DNA of 64,000 nt from an uncultured virus (IMG/VR IMGVR_UViG_3300045996_000972) (IMGVR_UViG_3300045996_000972); one strand, 5' to 3'; shown: positions 10,301 through 19,224, counted from the stretch's first letter. A program made the numbers and translations. Notes: generated by a model not told the origin, from the letters alone.

Positions 10301-11515
10301 GCTGTAACCATTACATCGGCGGCTATACTAAGCAGTACATTAAATGTTACAGGAGCAGCTACTTTCAATTCAACTATTACCGCCTCAGCAGATGGTACTA
10401 GGATAGGTAATATTATGTTCTCCACATCAGTTGGAACAACAGGACAGGGAATATGGGCAGCTTCACGAAGATTCGATTTTACTTCACAAGGGGATATAAG
10501 CACTGACAACGGTGCAGCGTTTAGATTTCAAGGTTACGGCTCTGTGTCATTAACGCAAGGCGGAACAGGGCAGTCGTTACATTTTGTTGATATTAACCCT
10601 AGTTATGGAACAGCCAACCAAACAAACACCTATGCGAATGTTTTAGCAATAAGACCAACATACAATTTTACAGGTGGTAGTACTGTTACTTTAAGGGGGT
10701 TTTATTATAATCCCACCTTATCTAACATGAGTGTCGTTACTGCTCACTATGCCTTTCAAAGCACAGCAGGTCAATTTAAACTAACAGATAGCACCTTCTC
10801 TACCTTATGGGATGGTTACACATGGAAAGCTCTCGAATACGAAGTGAGATCCGGTGCCGATGGAATAAGTGGCAGCGCTGTCGCCTTTATGGGCGGCGGC
10901 GGAAGTTCTGTTGGACAGGTGTATACCAGAGACAACACGACCTCTAATATGGTTACATTGAATCCAAACTATATTAGATATTCAAAGGCCGGAACAGCTT
11001 GGGGAGATTTGAAATGGGATAACATTACAGGAACAACCAAGGTTATTCAGCTTCCAAATACGGCCGGGACCATCGCGCTGCTTTCGGACCTGTTCTACAC
11101 ATCAGATGGAACAATCTCCGGTAACAGGCAGGTGATCATGGGCGACTATTACGTTCATTTTAAGACTGGCGCAGAAGTGATGTTTGGATTTGGAAAAGAT
11201 CACGTAACCGTACAAACCACCGACGCAGGGGGTAATGCATCACCCAGGTTCAATATTGGTGGCGGAGTTAATGTGACGGAAATCCTGACCAGCAACGCCC
11301 TCGTTGGCATTTCTGCCGGAGGCGCAATTACTCCTTTGTCGGCATTGGACGTTTATAGCGCGACCGGGTATAGCCAGTTCAGGTTGAGGACACAGTACAC
11401 GCCATCATCAACGGCAGATACTAACGGTAACACAGGGGATCTTTGCGCGGACGACAACTATGTTTATTACAAATCGTCTGCGGGGTGGAAAAGAGCAACA
11501 TTGAGCACGTTCTAA
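4382..11515 (+). CDS. giant tail fibre / receptor-binding protein, 2377 aa
   Basis: G/S/T/N-rich with repeated GNVGIG/GNTGIGT fibre motifs; C-terminal TPSSTADTNGNTGDLCADDNYVYYKSSAGWKRATLSTF. Confidence 0.8.
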   Translation: MIEAVRREDHQPGCNQAVAARYLELLNSGCSLMAMLYNDDATTTLDSITEVALQYQGATRIQYDQNKVELYADSHVQINPALRLANVPTLSSSSSVLVLNGYQVEQRTIASLSTAIDWTQGYATYDARYVPLTRQINGLALSANHTFATGTSGTDFNISSSGTTHTFNIPDASTSNRGLITTGTQGINGFKTFHGSLLFRSGFAVSDTYDPTIAILGAVLGTSDTTPQLLIGGASSITARIFERSNQTLTAGNIGSSVIGHIIGTQVFQTSASGTHPIFTQLAIKPLSITNSGATVTNSASLYIEGAATGATNNYALWVDAGTTRLDGSVILNTLTTNVTSTDILVSNSGTVEKRTLASLISGGGITTGSGTLDYLARWTSSSTLGLGATRDNGTQVGINIAPSASYGLSLNGNLAIHGTASTYKAIEIATYAGTTPAHVIGDDGGAFFGNGLNIASSGSNSQVFLQPVSVGRNVNVGSATALGSKLGVKGDSTMAAVFTAYNSADIIVLQAGQSASGIGYGVGIGGAFDFNYPLKVTGQSWFTGNTGIGTAPVTNTGYTTLAINGTSGGILELMTGGVSKAQMYTDASHVYLATISNANDIVLGNSYLRVYGGVSPTYRVSVSGTSYLNGNVGIAVAPHATHRFAIDGNIFFAGNPSSTGNNLYNASGNTMIGWDSSTLYVGLSFGSAQIHMGTSGTGKFRWRSTGNFELDAARLLVNTNTDDGFQADINGTLRSSDITLRSGATRNIIVQNPSSTGAGNNLSISAASGTTSGAGGTLTLNGGVGVGGSAHGNIFLKSETVVIGRSYAGNVNNTYQLDVSGGLPSLFWRSSNIYYLINQGSSYSETVLTAQGYTLGIYANPQVGNQSGSAGTYYGQSVGIVSNTSIPIVFGIGTSEKLRLSTGTYSTDITGTARATSDLYANTRISLGGSSFVTWASGLYTMQGVSGINSVMLASNATSGVHITTNAYHNGTNWKYVAAAAAANMSTSETGLLFRVAPVGTAGADVSWVNALSVGLTGYFTYTSSAASGSHVSEWTSTNTPIKIKFLLGSSAAQISNSGGAGGLQINDTATGFLQIDVGRIVTPASWPIISASGNLLLRGNTSGTAGNGVLIQSFHSGDWQPAFTILNGTSTSLFSGSVTAASSVARGVYMNQTLVQAAASDFLSGLEINTTFNVGAGALAHKAYYLKVGGSGYAPSAYTTNNYVTGIEVDQVFTNTHYAIGIRINSTYNNVQYATALRIDNSAYWAIYQSSTSAMNLIAGKTAFGFSGGAYGDPTHATATTNGAIINIANDATYGAIKIGTAGINTQHLIFSHTESGSTHSAISNTYDNAGSLFDIRMRGNTNTHHVLRFVGDSTTLFNTGRSTQAAINRYTFAMSGDAVSSTQNQIHFTGLVGTQASGIANIINIAPSYNTGSSGGGQTHRGIYYNPSYAVAMPQAIPHYAFESTSGMQKYGYKTDTSTSSVRLGSGYELFGTTHASLGYHYYISPEGWAGGWGVRIGNSTSYTTIYDGGLSTGVLSASSAIFMGGVLKTYSSSPQTGWEFADSSGWSFVLRGASINHMTISTTGYVSFPAEVYSATRLKAGNFATGGGVGATDKIITDGVVRAAGGLNLRSPVYGDNTFYGILQSLGGVDIVSAGGTVAYFNTVGGGTGNVVTIGGYAHNPPSGTGTVNNLLLSNGITPTGANSINYNYIHIAPSIVQSTFGTGTLTMLKVAPGVTSLNTSTLNLAEFHVTASASAAGSSRLANNSLYKITNQYGGHGDIYWKFQMIGANSTPSTIDGGYMRVAFNDAGTGGSDFEIANRGASSTAVRFLISGINVFVGGTNEQSGLYFRRGITNGGDHLLSVERQANNNFAGDNIAIQGGSPYLGTTNANGGNIKLIGGVATGSGSSNVDIYVTGGGSSGTTDNTTQTHVLRAQGSDKTLKFYGAAGGSYTTTMALTGIGLILGHDSASRTLELQTSSTTRISIAGGGAVTITSAAILSSTLNVTGAATFNSTITASADGTRIGNIMFSTSVGTTGQGIWAASRRFDFTSQGDISTDNGAAFRFQGYGSVSLTQGGTGQSLHFVDINPSYGTANQTNTYANVLAIRPTYNFTGGSTVTLRGFYYNPTLSNMSVVTAHYAFQSTAGQFKLTDSTFSTLWDGYTWKALEYEVRSGADGISGSAVAFMGGGGSSVGQVYTRDNTTSNMVTLNPNYIRYSKAGTAWGDLKWDNITGTTKVIQLPNTAGTIALLSDLFYTSDGTISGNRQVIMGDYYVHFKTGAEVMFGFGKDHVTVQTTDAGGNASPRFNIGGGVNVTEILTSNALVGISAGGAITPLSALDVYSATGYSQFRLRTQYTPSSTADTNGNTGDLCADDNYVYYKSSAGWKRATLSTF

Positions 11516-11551
11516 TTTTTTATATATTCGTAACTTCAAAACATACCTACC

Positions 11552-11854
11552 ATGTTTACAGTCAAAAATCCCGAAAATCAGTATCAGCTCGTAATTCCAC
11601 AAGCCGTTGCAACCGTTGAAAACACCACAGTAAGACACCAACGCGCTATACCGGAGAGAAACGGGAATCCTAGTGTTTCCGAAAAGTATGATGTTACCGC
11701 AGAGGTTAGCATTTTCGCTTCCGTCGAAGCCTACGAGTCCGGAGCTGCGCCAATAACGCAGTTAAGTAAAACCCTGCCATTCTCCGGATATCCAACGCTT
11801 GATGCGTTAGAAAGCGCGCTGATATCGAAGATCGAGAACGCTGAAGCCCTGTAA
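11552..11854 (+). CDS. hypothetical protein, possibly a fibre chaperone
   Basis: ORF track; follows the fibre; TATATTCG box at 11523-11530. Confidence 0.6.
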   Translation: MFTVKNPENQYQLVIPQAVATVENTTVRHQRAIPERNGNPSVSEKYDVTAEVSIFASVEAYESGAAPITQLSKTLPFSGYPTLDALESALISKIENAEAL

Positions 11855-11902
11855 CCCATGGGAAGGTGGCCCAACCAAATTCGTAACATAAAACCCCGAC
11901 CA

Positions 11903-12259
11903 ATGAAAGTTGATTTGAGTATTCCTATTATTTCTCCAGATGGAGAGCCGGCGAAAGACCCCAAAACAGGCAGAGAGGTTCCTTTATCGAACGTTGCAAA
12001 GCAAGCCCTTTTTGTAGGGGGCAATGACACCGACGAGCGCGGGAAGCCCAAAAGAGACGAGAAAAGCCTACGCTTGGCGCGTAAATTCTGGAAACAACTG
12101 TGTAAGGACAACACCCTGGTGATCGATCAGGACGAGTACAAGGACCTGAAAGAGTTTTTTACAAAAAGTCCAGTTCTTTCTGATGGCCAGGCATGGCAAA
12201 TACAGGACGCAATGGAAGAAGCGCACGAACAGGATAACAAGCCTCACGCAGCGGAATAA
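11903..12259 (+). CDS. hypothetical protein
   Basis: ORF track (11858); ATG 11903 has the better A/C-rich leader. Confidence 0.6.
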   Translation: MKVDLSIPIISPDGEPAKDPKTGREVPLSNVAKQALFVGGNDTDERGKPKRDEKSLRLARKFWKQLCKDNTLVIDQDEYKDLKEFFTKSPVLSDGQAWQIQDAMEEAHEQDNKPHAAE

Positions 12260-12304
12260 TTCTTTCTTTGGAAGCGTATGAGCAAACGCTAAACAAAGAA
12301 GGAA

Positions 12305-15300
12305 ATGCCTAATCAAAAGCTGATTCCGTTTAAGGGGGTTGATATTGTAAGTGATGAACTTTACACATCGGAAAACCATTCTCCATTCCTGAAAGACATT
12401 GACTATGATCTTAACAGGCAATCAGGAATAGAAGGGTTTAATATCGGCGCGTTCACACCACTACAAGGGAATGAGCCCTATTGCTCAATTACCTTACCCA
12501 TAGGCAACAATCACGTTATTGGAACCATACCTATCAAGGAGCTTAACCAGCTCCTTGTTTTGGTTCACAATTCGAATAACAACCACTTTGTTTATCGCCT
12601 CAACGGTGCTACCGGCCTGTGTCAGAAAGTTTCAGAAAGCTCTTGCTGGAATTTCACCTTGAAACCTGAAAACTTCATCAGCCCCACCCGGTATGCGGTC
12701 CAGGTGGTGTGCCGGTTTAACAAAGCAACCGGTAAGGAGGAGAAGATCCCATACGTGTTTTTCACCGACAACAATGATGATATAAAATTCTTTGTCCCGG
12801 ATGATCTGATCGCTACATCAAGCTATACAACCCCGTTCTTTTCGGTAAACGACACAACCTGCAAAAAATGCGACTGGTTCAAGTTGGGCGTTCCCACGCC
12901 AATGGATTGCATGACGATCACCAGTATCAAAAGAGATCTGACAGATCCGGACGAAAAGAGCAAGCCGAACCTTCTGGCATATAAAACATGGGAGTTCCGC
13001 CTGAAATATATTAACGTGTATGGTCAGGATAGCGAACACGGCGTTATAGCCACGCAATACATCGGCGTTACGGGCAATTCGTGTGTAGAGGCCAGCGATT
13101 CCCTTGCGCGATGCCTGAAGCTGAAATTCAAGGCCGGATGCCCCATAATAGACAAGATCCAAATCGAGTTCAGGAATTGCAGCGGGAAAGCCGACCAGTT
13201 CACCAAGCCCACCGATTGGTTTTTGTATGATACCATCGATGTTTATAACAACTGCGATGATGTTCAATGGTACGATCGCACCCGGAATAATCCATGGCAG
13301 AGCGAGGTTAATCGCCTGGTCGCTTTGGGGTCCACCGTTGCCGCCGCCGAAGCCGCCGCCACGAAGAAGCAATTGCTGAAATACAACAGCACAGACAACA
13401 CGTTCGAATACACTTTCTGCGGCAACAAGGAAAGGACGGCCATCCCGGTGGAGGAAACGAACCGTTCGTACAATCCAATACCTATCACTGCCGGAGCATT
13501 GTTTTCCATATACAAGAATATCGCTACGGCCAGACACAAAAGAGGCTTTAAGCCGATTGATTGTGACGAGTTGGAAAAAATTGATATCGTCGTTACCAAA
13601 CCACAGGCAGAGGATCCTTCATGCAAACTGAAGCTGCGGAAAATAACGGTCTACGGTATTATCTATAACCCGTTTGAGCAAGGCGCGGTAGAGATCCGGC
13701 GCGAGGACAATAAGAACCAGTTTGGATGGGCGGATTGCGCGAAGAACAATCCCATGGCCTACCAACAATATTTCCCGGATGATCAGGAGGGTTTTATCGG
13801 GTACCTGGCAGGAACGAAGCACTTTGCTGTATCAAAGCAGCACAGGTACACAATGTCTACTGGTGATATAGTATATCAGGGACTAGACTTTAACATTGAC
13901 GGCAACGTAGCATCGCGCCAGTATGCTATTCAAAAATGGGAGTTTGAGGTTTTGCCTGGGAAGTATGTTTTCCGTATCGCCAGCCATAAGGCAAAGCCCA
14001 CGGACGAGTACCAAAAGACCAGCACTTACACTTACGGCAGGACCTTTTTGAGCAACCCCGGATCAATATTCAATAACGATCGGGAGATTGTCGTTGACGT
14101 TACTTCCGCGGACGTGGAGATAAAAACCAATCCATTCATGATCTACGACCTTACCAGAAAAGGCAAGGGCTGTACGCTGGTGGATGCAACGTCTGTTGTG
14201 TGTGGTTATATCTACGAGGATCAGGACGAGTATTTGCCAATTGAAAGGGCCGTAGCGCGACCAAACAGGACCGGCCAGACACATTTCACCCAATACACGG
14301 ACCATAACGGGTTCTTTTTTGCCGCCGCACCTGTCAACAGGCTGCGCGTTGATATCCTGGGGCACAAAAACTGCGTGGCTTCGGTATTGCTGAAAGCGAG
14401 CAAGACCACGGCTGATGCCCCATTTGAGCGACACTTTGTTGAAGAAAAACTTTATGCATACGAGGGAACGGACGAATACAACCGGAAGGACCGGATAACC
14501 ATACGTGGCCGGGTTTTATTGTGCGAAGACAACACTATCGGCGTTGCCGGTGTTCTGGTGGTCCTGACGAACGGGGCTTTTGGGTACACCGATAATGACG
14601 GCGTTTTCGCGATCGTAGCGCATGACGACGGTAACGTACTGGCCAGGGCCGAACGGATCATCATTTCACAGCGCGGCAACTGCCAGATCGCAGGATGTAG
14701 CACCCCGGTGTGTAGCTACTCCTTTACGGACCTCAATGTGTTCTTCCCGACCTGTACCGGTTCGCTCACCCGGACGGTCAGCCTGGCCGACACACTGGTC
14801 AAAATACGCGGCCTCAACAAGCGCGGTCCAACCATGGGCGGACGCTACCAGCTTGGGATAAAAGTTCATGACTGGTTGGGACGGCACACCTACGTTCAGA
14901 CCCGGGAAAAGCACATCATTGATATTCCATCCCTGCAGGACACGCAAACGTTCGATTTCAGCACGATCGGGTTCACGATCAATAGTTCTATCCAATTACC
15001 GGCATACGCCCGGAAATTGAGCTTCTTTATCACAGAGAACCTCAACTTGGACGACTACCTGACTTGGGTGGCCGAAAGAATACAGTTGGTTGACAACAGT
15101 GGAGAGCCCAACAGCGCGGCACCCACGCAAATACGGCTGTATTACGAATCCTTGGGCGAATACAACAAGCTGCACAAATTCACCACCACTACCACTTGGC
15201 AGTTCATTGACGACAAGGAAGCGCCGGTTGCCGGCGACGAAGTGGAATTTCTGGCCAATGGCGACGGCACCATGTTCACCAAGGTGATCCGCGCGCTGGT

Positions 15301-16846
15301 CAAATACGATAAGGACGGGAGATATGTTCAGGTAGACTATTCGGACGAGCTGAAAGACCTGAAAGACGGAGCCCTGATACGCCTGATAAGGCCCAGGCAG
15401 GGAACAACCAAGCAGATATTCCATGAGCTATGCCCCATGATTGACGTGATCAACGGTGTACCCCAGGTATTGTCCGGGACATTCAATTTTTGGGACTCCT
15501 ACTTAATGAACCGGCAGCTTCCAGTCCCGGTGGCCAAGAAAAAGAAGAAGGATCCTGCAACCGGCAACGAAATCGAAACGGAGGAAAATATCAACCAGGT
15601 CAAGTCCTATCCGTTCCTGTTCGAGCACCACTCCCCTTCTGATTTTTGGGGTGATCATTGTTCCCCGAAAGGCAGGATCAATGTAAAAAATCCGCTGGAG
15701 AACGAGATATGTAACCTGACAGAAATAGCGGTGAGCAAGGCCATAGCCAACGATGGAATACTAAACGGGCTGCATTATTTCCGTGAAGAAGATATGATCG
15801 TTTTCGATGAAAACGAATGGGGTGGCATCACCGGGGTACTGGCAGAGCTGAACTATCTTTTGGTGATATGCGAACAGGACAACTTTGTTGTTGCGTTCAA
15901 TGATAACCAGATAAGGGTAGCACCAGACGGCCGCGTGATCGCGCCAAGCGCAGAAAATAGATTTGGCCGTCCAGAGAGGAAAATAGGCAACAACTACGGG
16001 TGCAAGCTGAAGGACGTGAATACCATCCAAAAGTATGATGGCATCACCATGTTTATCGATCGCACCAAGACCGCGCTGGTGCTGCATAATTTCAGCGAAG
16101 CAGTTGACGTATCAGTCAACAGCGTCAAAAGCTGGCTTGGCCACCAGATAAGAAGGGTTTCAGCAGACCCGGAGCTGTACTTCCACGGCTGCATCGATCC
16201 AAAAGCGAAAGACTACATTCTTACATCATTCCAGTTAAAGGGAAGCTACACGGATGCCGATTTCGTAAACACTGCAGATGTTCCAACAAACGGTAACGAT
16301 ACCATCGCGTATAACATTTACAGCAAGATTGTTAAGGGATGGAGATCATACACGCCGGAATACTACGGTATATTGGAAGGAGATCTAACGGATCAGCAGC
16401 TTATCGCTTTCAAGCAAGGAGCGGCATATAAGCACTACAACACTTCCGCGCCTTATGGCAGGTTCTTTGGCGTACAGTGCAAGCCATACATAAGTGTGAT
16501 TTCGAACATTGAGAATACCCGCGTGAAGCGATTCCTGTCAAACGAAGTATATATCGTCGGCGCGAAGTTCGAGGCAGTTGAAGTCGTGACAGAAGCGAAT
16601 CAATTAAGCCGGATAAAGCCAGTGTGGTGGGAGAAGTTCGACACCTTCCAGGCTGCGCCATTCCTGTGCGACCTGAACACTAAAGCGGATTTGAATATAC
16701 CGATCGATACTGGTGTCAATAAATTATTGGATGGCGATACTATGTACGGAAGATGGTTGAAGGTTAAATACACCGTACAGACACCAGACATTGGGAAATA
16801 TTTCGAGTTCACAGCCGTGGTCATAAACTTGATACCGGCAACGTAA
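12305..16846 (+). CDS. tail hub / stabilisation protein (crAss-like), 1513 aa
   Basis: Size and position; N-terminal PFKGVD..SD and C-terminal KRFLSNEV...DGDTMYGRWLKV resemble crAss-like stabilisation proteins. Confidence 0.6.
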   Translation: MPNQKLIPFKGVDIVSDELYTSENHSPFLKDIDYDLNRQSGIEGFNIGAFTPLQGNEPYCSITLPIGNNHVIGTIPIKELNQLLVLVHNSNNNHFVYRLNGATGLCQKVSESSCWNFTLKPENFISPTRYAVQVVCRFNKATGKEEKIPYVFFTDNNDDIKFFVPDDLIATSSYTTPFFSVNDTTCKKCDWFKLGVPTPMDCMTITSIKRDLTDPDEKSKPNLLAYKTWEFRLKYINVYGQDSEHGVIATQYIGVTGNSCVEASDSLARCLKLKFKAGCPIIDKIQIEFRNCSGKADQFTKPTDWFLYDTIDVYNNCDDVQWYDRTRNNPWQSEVNRLVALGSTVAAAEAAATKKQLLKYNSTDNTFEYTFCGNKERTAIPVEETNRSYNPIPITAGALFSIYKNIATARHKRGFKPIDCDELEKIDIVVTKPQAEDPSCKLKLRKITVYGIIYNPFEQGAVEIRREDNKNQFGWADCAKNNPMAYQQYFPDDQEGFIGYLAGTKHFAVSKQHRYTMSTGDIVYQGLDFNIDGNVASRQYAIQKWEFEVLPGKYVFRIASHKAKPTDEYQKTSTYTYGRTFLSNPGSIFNNDREIVVDVTSADVEIKTNPFMIYDLTRKGKGCTLVDATSVVCGYIYEDQDEYLPIERAVARPNRTGQTHFTQYTDHNGFFFAAAPVNRLRVDILGHKNCVASVLLKASKTTADAPFERHFVEEKLYAYEGTDEYNRKDRITIRGRVLLCEDNTIGVAGVLVVLTNGAFGYTDNDGVFAIVAHDDGNVLARAERIIISQRGNCQIAGCSTPVCSYSFTDLNVFFPTCTGSLTRTVSLADTLVKIRGLNKRGPTMGGRYQLGIKVHDWLGRHTYVQTREKHIIDIPSLQDTQTFDFSTIGFTINSSIQLPAYARKLSFFITENLNLDDYLTWVAERIQLVDNSGEPNSAAPTQIRLYYESLGEYNKLHKFTTTTTWQFIDDKEAPVAGDEVEFLANGDGTMFTKVIRALVKYDKDGRYVQVDYSDELKDLKDGALIRLIRPRQGTTKQIFHELCPMIDVINGVPQVLSGTFNFWDSYLMNRQLPVPVAKKKKKDPATGNEIETEENINQVKSYPFLFEHHSPSDFWGDHCSPKGRINVKNPLENEICNLTEIAVSKAIANDGILNGLHYFREEDMIVFDENEWGGITGVLAELNYLLVICEQDNFVVAFNDNQIRVAPDGRVIAPSAENRFGRPERKIGNNYGCKLKDVNTIQKYDGITMFIDRTKTALVLHNFSEAVDVSVNSVKSWLGHQIRRVSADPELYFHGCIDPKAKDYILTSFQLKGSYTDADFVNTADVPTNGNDTIAYNIYSKIVKGWRSYTPEYYGILEGDLTDQQLIAFKQGAAYKHYNTSAPYGRFFGVQCKPYISVISNIENTRVKRFLSNEVYIVGAKFEAVEVVTEANQLSRIKPVWWEKFDTFQAAPFLCDLNTKADLNIPIDTGVNKLLDGDTMYGRWLKVKYTVQTPDIGKYFEFTAVVINLIPAT

Positions 16847-16857
16847 GGCGAATCGAA

Positions 16858-17676
16858 TTATACTGTCAGCATTGAAAGTGAAATATCAGCATTTTCTTTT
16901 CTGACACCCATTGCTATTTGCCCTATACGAGCCAAGAAGTACTCCACGCCATCAATTTTCAGCGGATAGCCTTTGTAATCCATGTAGCCGTCAAAGAAAA
17001 CGTGATCACCGCCAGTCATTCCGCTAAACCTCTTGGCTGATGTTTCCGGGTGGATGAACGCCAGCTCCATGCGGTGGAATATCGGCTTATTCAGTTTATT
17101 GGTCAGCTTGGCTTGCTCATATTTCAATTCATTGATCTTACGAATATTGTCCTCACTGGCGATACCTTCAGCCAAAAACTTAACCTGGTTGTCGAGTTCT
17201 TCAATCCGGAGTCTCAATTCACTGTCGTCCTCATATTCACCTTCTCGCGGAATAAACAGTCCCGCTTTGCTTACATGCCAGCGGCCAGTATCCGGCAGAT
17301 CCTTGGTCCAAATGATTTCGCGGCTTGGAATAATCGTGCCATCCTGTTTTTTCACCCCAAGAACATCGTCAAAGGTGCACTCCACAATGCGGTCCTCCGA
17401 AATACAGTCGCCATCCTTCCAAACTTCATCAATGATCCTCCAATCATCATCCTCAACGGTATGGTGAAAAATCAGGGTGTCCCCTACATGGACTTCCGGG
17501 AACCACTGCCGGGCTTTCTCACCGATTTGCAGGACCGGGGCGGCCTGTAAATAGTGTTTCATATCAAGCATGGTGTCGGCCATTATAAGGCCCGGAATCA
17601 CTTCAGATAGAGCCCGTTGTTTCTTTTGAATGTCTTTGACTATACGGACAAGGAAGAATTGAGCATTGACGCGCAT
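16858..17676 (-). CDS. tandem GroES-like co-chaperonin
   Basis: Two GroES-like halves (VLQIGE...EVHVGDTLIF...DDVLGV; GDHVFF...LKIDGVEYFLARIGQIAM) joined by a coiled coil. Confidence 0.6.
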   Translation of the reverse strand: MRVNAQFFLVRIVKDIQKKQRALSEVIPGLIMADTMLDMKHYLQAAPVLQIGEKARQWFPEVHVGDTLIFHHTVEDDDWRIIDEVWKDGDCISEDRIVECTFDDVLGVKKQDGTIIPSREIIWTKDLPDTGRWHVSKAGLFIPREGEYEDDSELRLRIEELDNQVKFLAEGIASEDNIRKINELKYEQAKLTNKLNKPIFHRMELAFIHPETSAKRFSGMTGGDHVFFDGYMDYKGYPLKIDGVEYFLARIGQIAMGVRKENADISLSMLTV

Positions 17677-17740
17677 AAAATAGGCTATTTAATTAGATAG
17701 GGTAAAACTAGGCCATAAAAATAGGGATAAAAGCGCGAAC

Positions 17741-17748
17741 TAAATTTG
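17741..17748 (+). promoter_or_regulatory. Bacteroidota -7 element upstream of the lysis cassette
   Basis: TAAATTTG in the divergent intergenic region. Confidence 0.5.
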
Positions 17749-17766
17749 GGTTAAACATACCCCATC

Positions 17767-18099
17767 ATGAACATAGAAGTTACCGTTATCAAAAACGTGA
17801 ACGAGAACAATCGCTACACTCCCGATGGATGCAAGGCGATGGTCGATTGCAATTCAACAACAATTATCGGCAAAAGATACCTGGCCTCAACGGAGTTCAA
17901 CCAAGGATCCGTTAAGGACGTAAAGGAAGGTGACGAGGTTTCCGCTGACCATCTGGTGTCGAAAACCGAAGTCCTGAAAATTCACAACGAGAACAAGGGC
18001 ACACTCTACATTGAGGAAACTCAATCCGAGTTCATTGATCTCTGTCAGGCTTGTTGCATAGCAACAACCACGACGACTTCAACGACAACTGCCCCATAA
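17767..18099 (+). CDS. hypothetical protein with C-terminal poly-Thr tail
   Basis: Ends CQACCIATTTTTSTTTAP. Confidence 0.7.
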   Translation: MNIEVTVIKNVNENNRYTPDGCKAMVDCNSTTIIGKRYLASTEFNQGSVKDVKEGDEVSADHLVSKTEVLKIHNENKGTLYIEETQSEFIDLCQACCIATTTTTSTTTAP

Positions 18100-18134
18100 T
18101 ACCATTCGACACTCCCCTTTTTAACCCTAATTAA

Positions 18135-18395
18135 ATGAGTTACGATCTGGAACAGTTGAAGGACAATTATGAGAATATCGCCAAGGACGTTGCCGATATA
18201 AAGCAAGCTCTGCTTGGTAGTGAGTTCACCGAAGGACGGGGTATGATCTCTAAAGTGAATGATCACAGCAAGAGGCTATACAATATGGAAGCAAGGTTCT
18301 CCAACGGCAAATGGTTAGTGATAGGACTGGCCGCGGGTAGTGGCGTTGGTTTGGCCAGCATCATTCAGTGGATAGCCAAAGTAGTAGAAAAATGA
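18135..18395 (+). CDS. holin-like membrane protein
   Basis: Coiled coil plus C-terminal TM (WLVIGLAAGSGVGLASIIQWI); in the lysis cluster. Confidence 0.55.
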   Translation: MSYDLEQLKDNYENIAKDVADIKQALLGSEFTEGRGMISKVNDHSKRLYNMEARFSNGKWLVIGLAAGSGVGLASIIQWIAKVVEK

Positions 18396-18493
18396 GAAAC
18401 TACCTGTTGTATAGTGCCGCCTTGGCGACGCTTATTATAGCAGTCGGATTTTGTTTAATAGTAACAGTGATATTGACATGGAGCAAGCATTAG
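18392..18493 (+). CDS. 33-aa membrane peptide (not in ORF track)
   Basis: MRNYLLYSAALATLIIAVGFCLIVTVILTWSKH*; ATGA overlap upstream, overlaps ATG 18478 downstream. Confidence 0.55.
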   Translation: MRNYLLYSAALATLIIAVGFCLIVTVILTWSKH

Positions 18494-18855
18494 AAAAAGT
18501 ACAAAAGATCGGCCTTCTGGCGCTCACTGTTATAGCGGGGATCTATTTGCTTACGATGGCTTTCTCAAAGAGGCCGGACACCAGTACCGAACTGTTCAAG
18601 CTGATCGGAGAGCAATATGAGGAAAGATTGAAAGCGGGAGCCCAAGAGCGTGAAGCATTGGCCAGGGAGATTAAAAGCTACGAAGCACTGGAGGCGCAAT
18701 TGAACAAACGCGATTCTGTTTTGATCCTGAAAATAAATCAGTACCAAGGCGAGATCAAGAAAATACACCGGGAGTATGAAGCACTTAATCGTTTTGACAA
18801 TTACAATTCTGCTGACATTATCAGGTTTTTCAGGGATAGCCTCTATTCCAAATGA
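18478..18855 (+). CDS. i-spanin-like protein (N-terminal TM + coiled coil)
   Basis: IGLLALTVIAGIYLL TM followed by heptad-rich region. Confidence 0.55.
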   Translation: MEQALEKVQKIGLLALTVIAGIYLLTMAFSKRPDTSTELFKLIGEQYEERLKAGAQEREALAREIKSYEALEAQLNKRDSVLILKINQYQGEIKKIHREYEALNRFDNYNSADIIRFFRDSLYSK

Positions 18856-19219
18856 TGATGATAGCACGACCTGTCTTTCCAACAGCGAATTGCGTCAAGC
18901 AATAAAACTGATCGAAGAAGGAAAGCTGGTAAAAAAGGAGCTGGCCATCACAAGGCTGGTAGTCGCTGACCAAGCGAGAAGAATTGAAGTCAAAGATTCC
19001 GCCATTCATATTCTCCACAAAAAAGATACTGCCTGGCAGCTTATGGTTATAAGCTATCAGGACGCGATAAAAATACTTCGCGAAAAGGACCAGCTTCAGA
19101 TGCAATTTATCGGCAAACTGGAGAAGGACTTAAAGCGAGGGAAAAGAAAAACGTTGTTCACTCAAATAATTGCGGGGGTAATAACGATCGGGGCTGTTGT
19201 ATGGGCTATAACAAAATAA
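18776..19219 (+). CDS. spanin-like protein (signal peptide, coiled coil, C-terminal TM)
   Basis: Overlaps the 3' end of the previous gene; MKHLIVLTITILLTLSG signal; IIAGVITIGAVVWAI TM. Confidence 0.55.
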   Translation: MKHLIVLTITILLTLSGFSGIASIPNDDDSTTCLSNSELRQAIKLIEEGKLVKKELAITRLVVADQARRIEVKDSAIHILHKKDTAWQLMVISYQDAIKILREKDQLQMQFIGKLEKDLKRGKRKTLFTQIIAGVITIGAVVWAITK

Positions 19220-19224
19220 CCACC

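Noticed and set aside
4382..11515. Diversity-generating retroelement targeting the tail fibre
   Set aside because: No reverse transcriptase in the window and no TR/VR pair differing only at adenines was seen
12818..16824. Long minus-strand ORFs under the tail hub gene (and similar ones under portal, giant gene and terL)
   Set aside because: Antisense shadows of strongly coding plus-strand genes; no motifs or initiation signals
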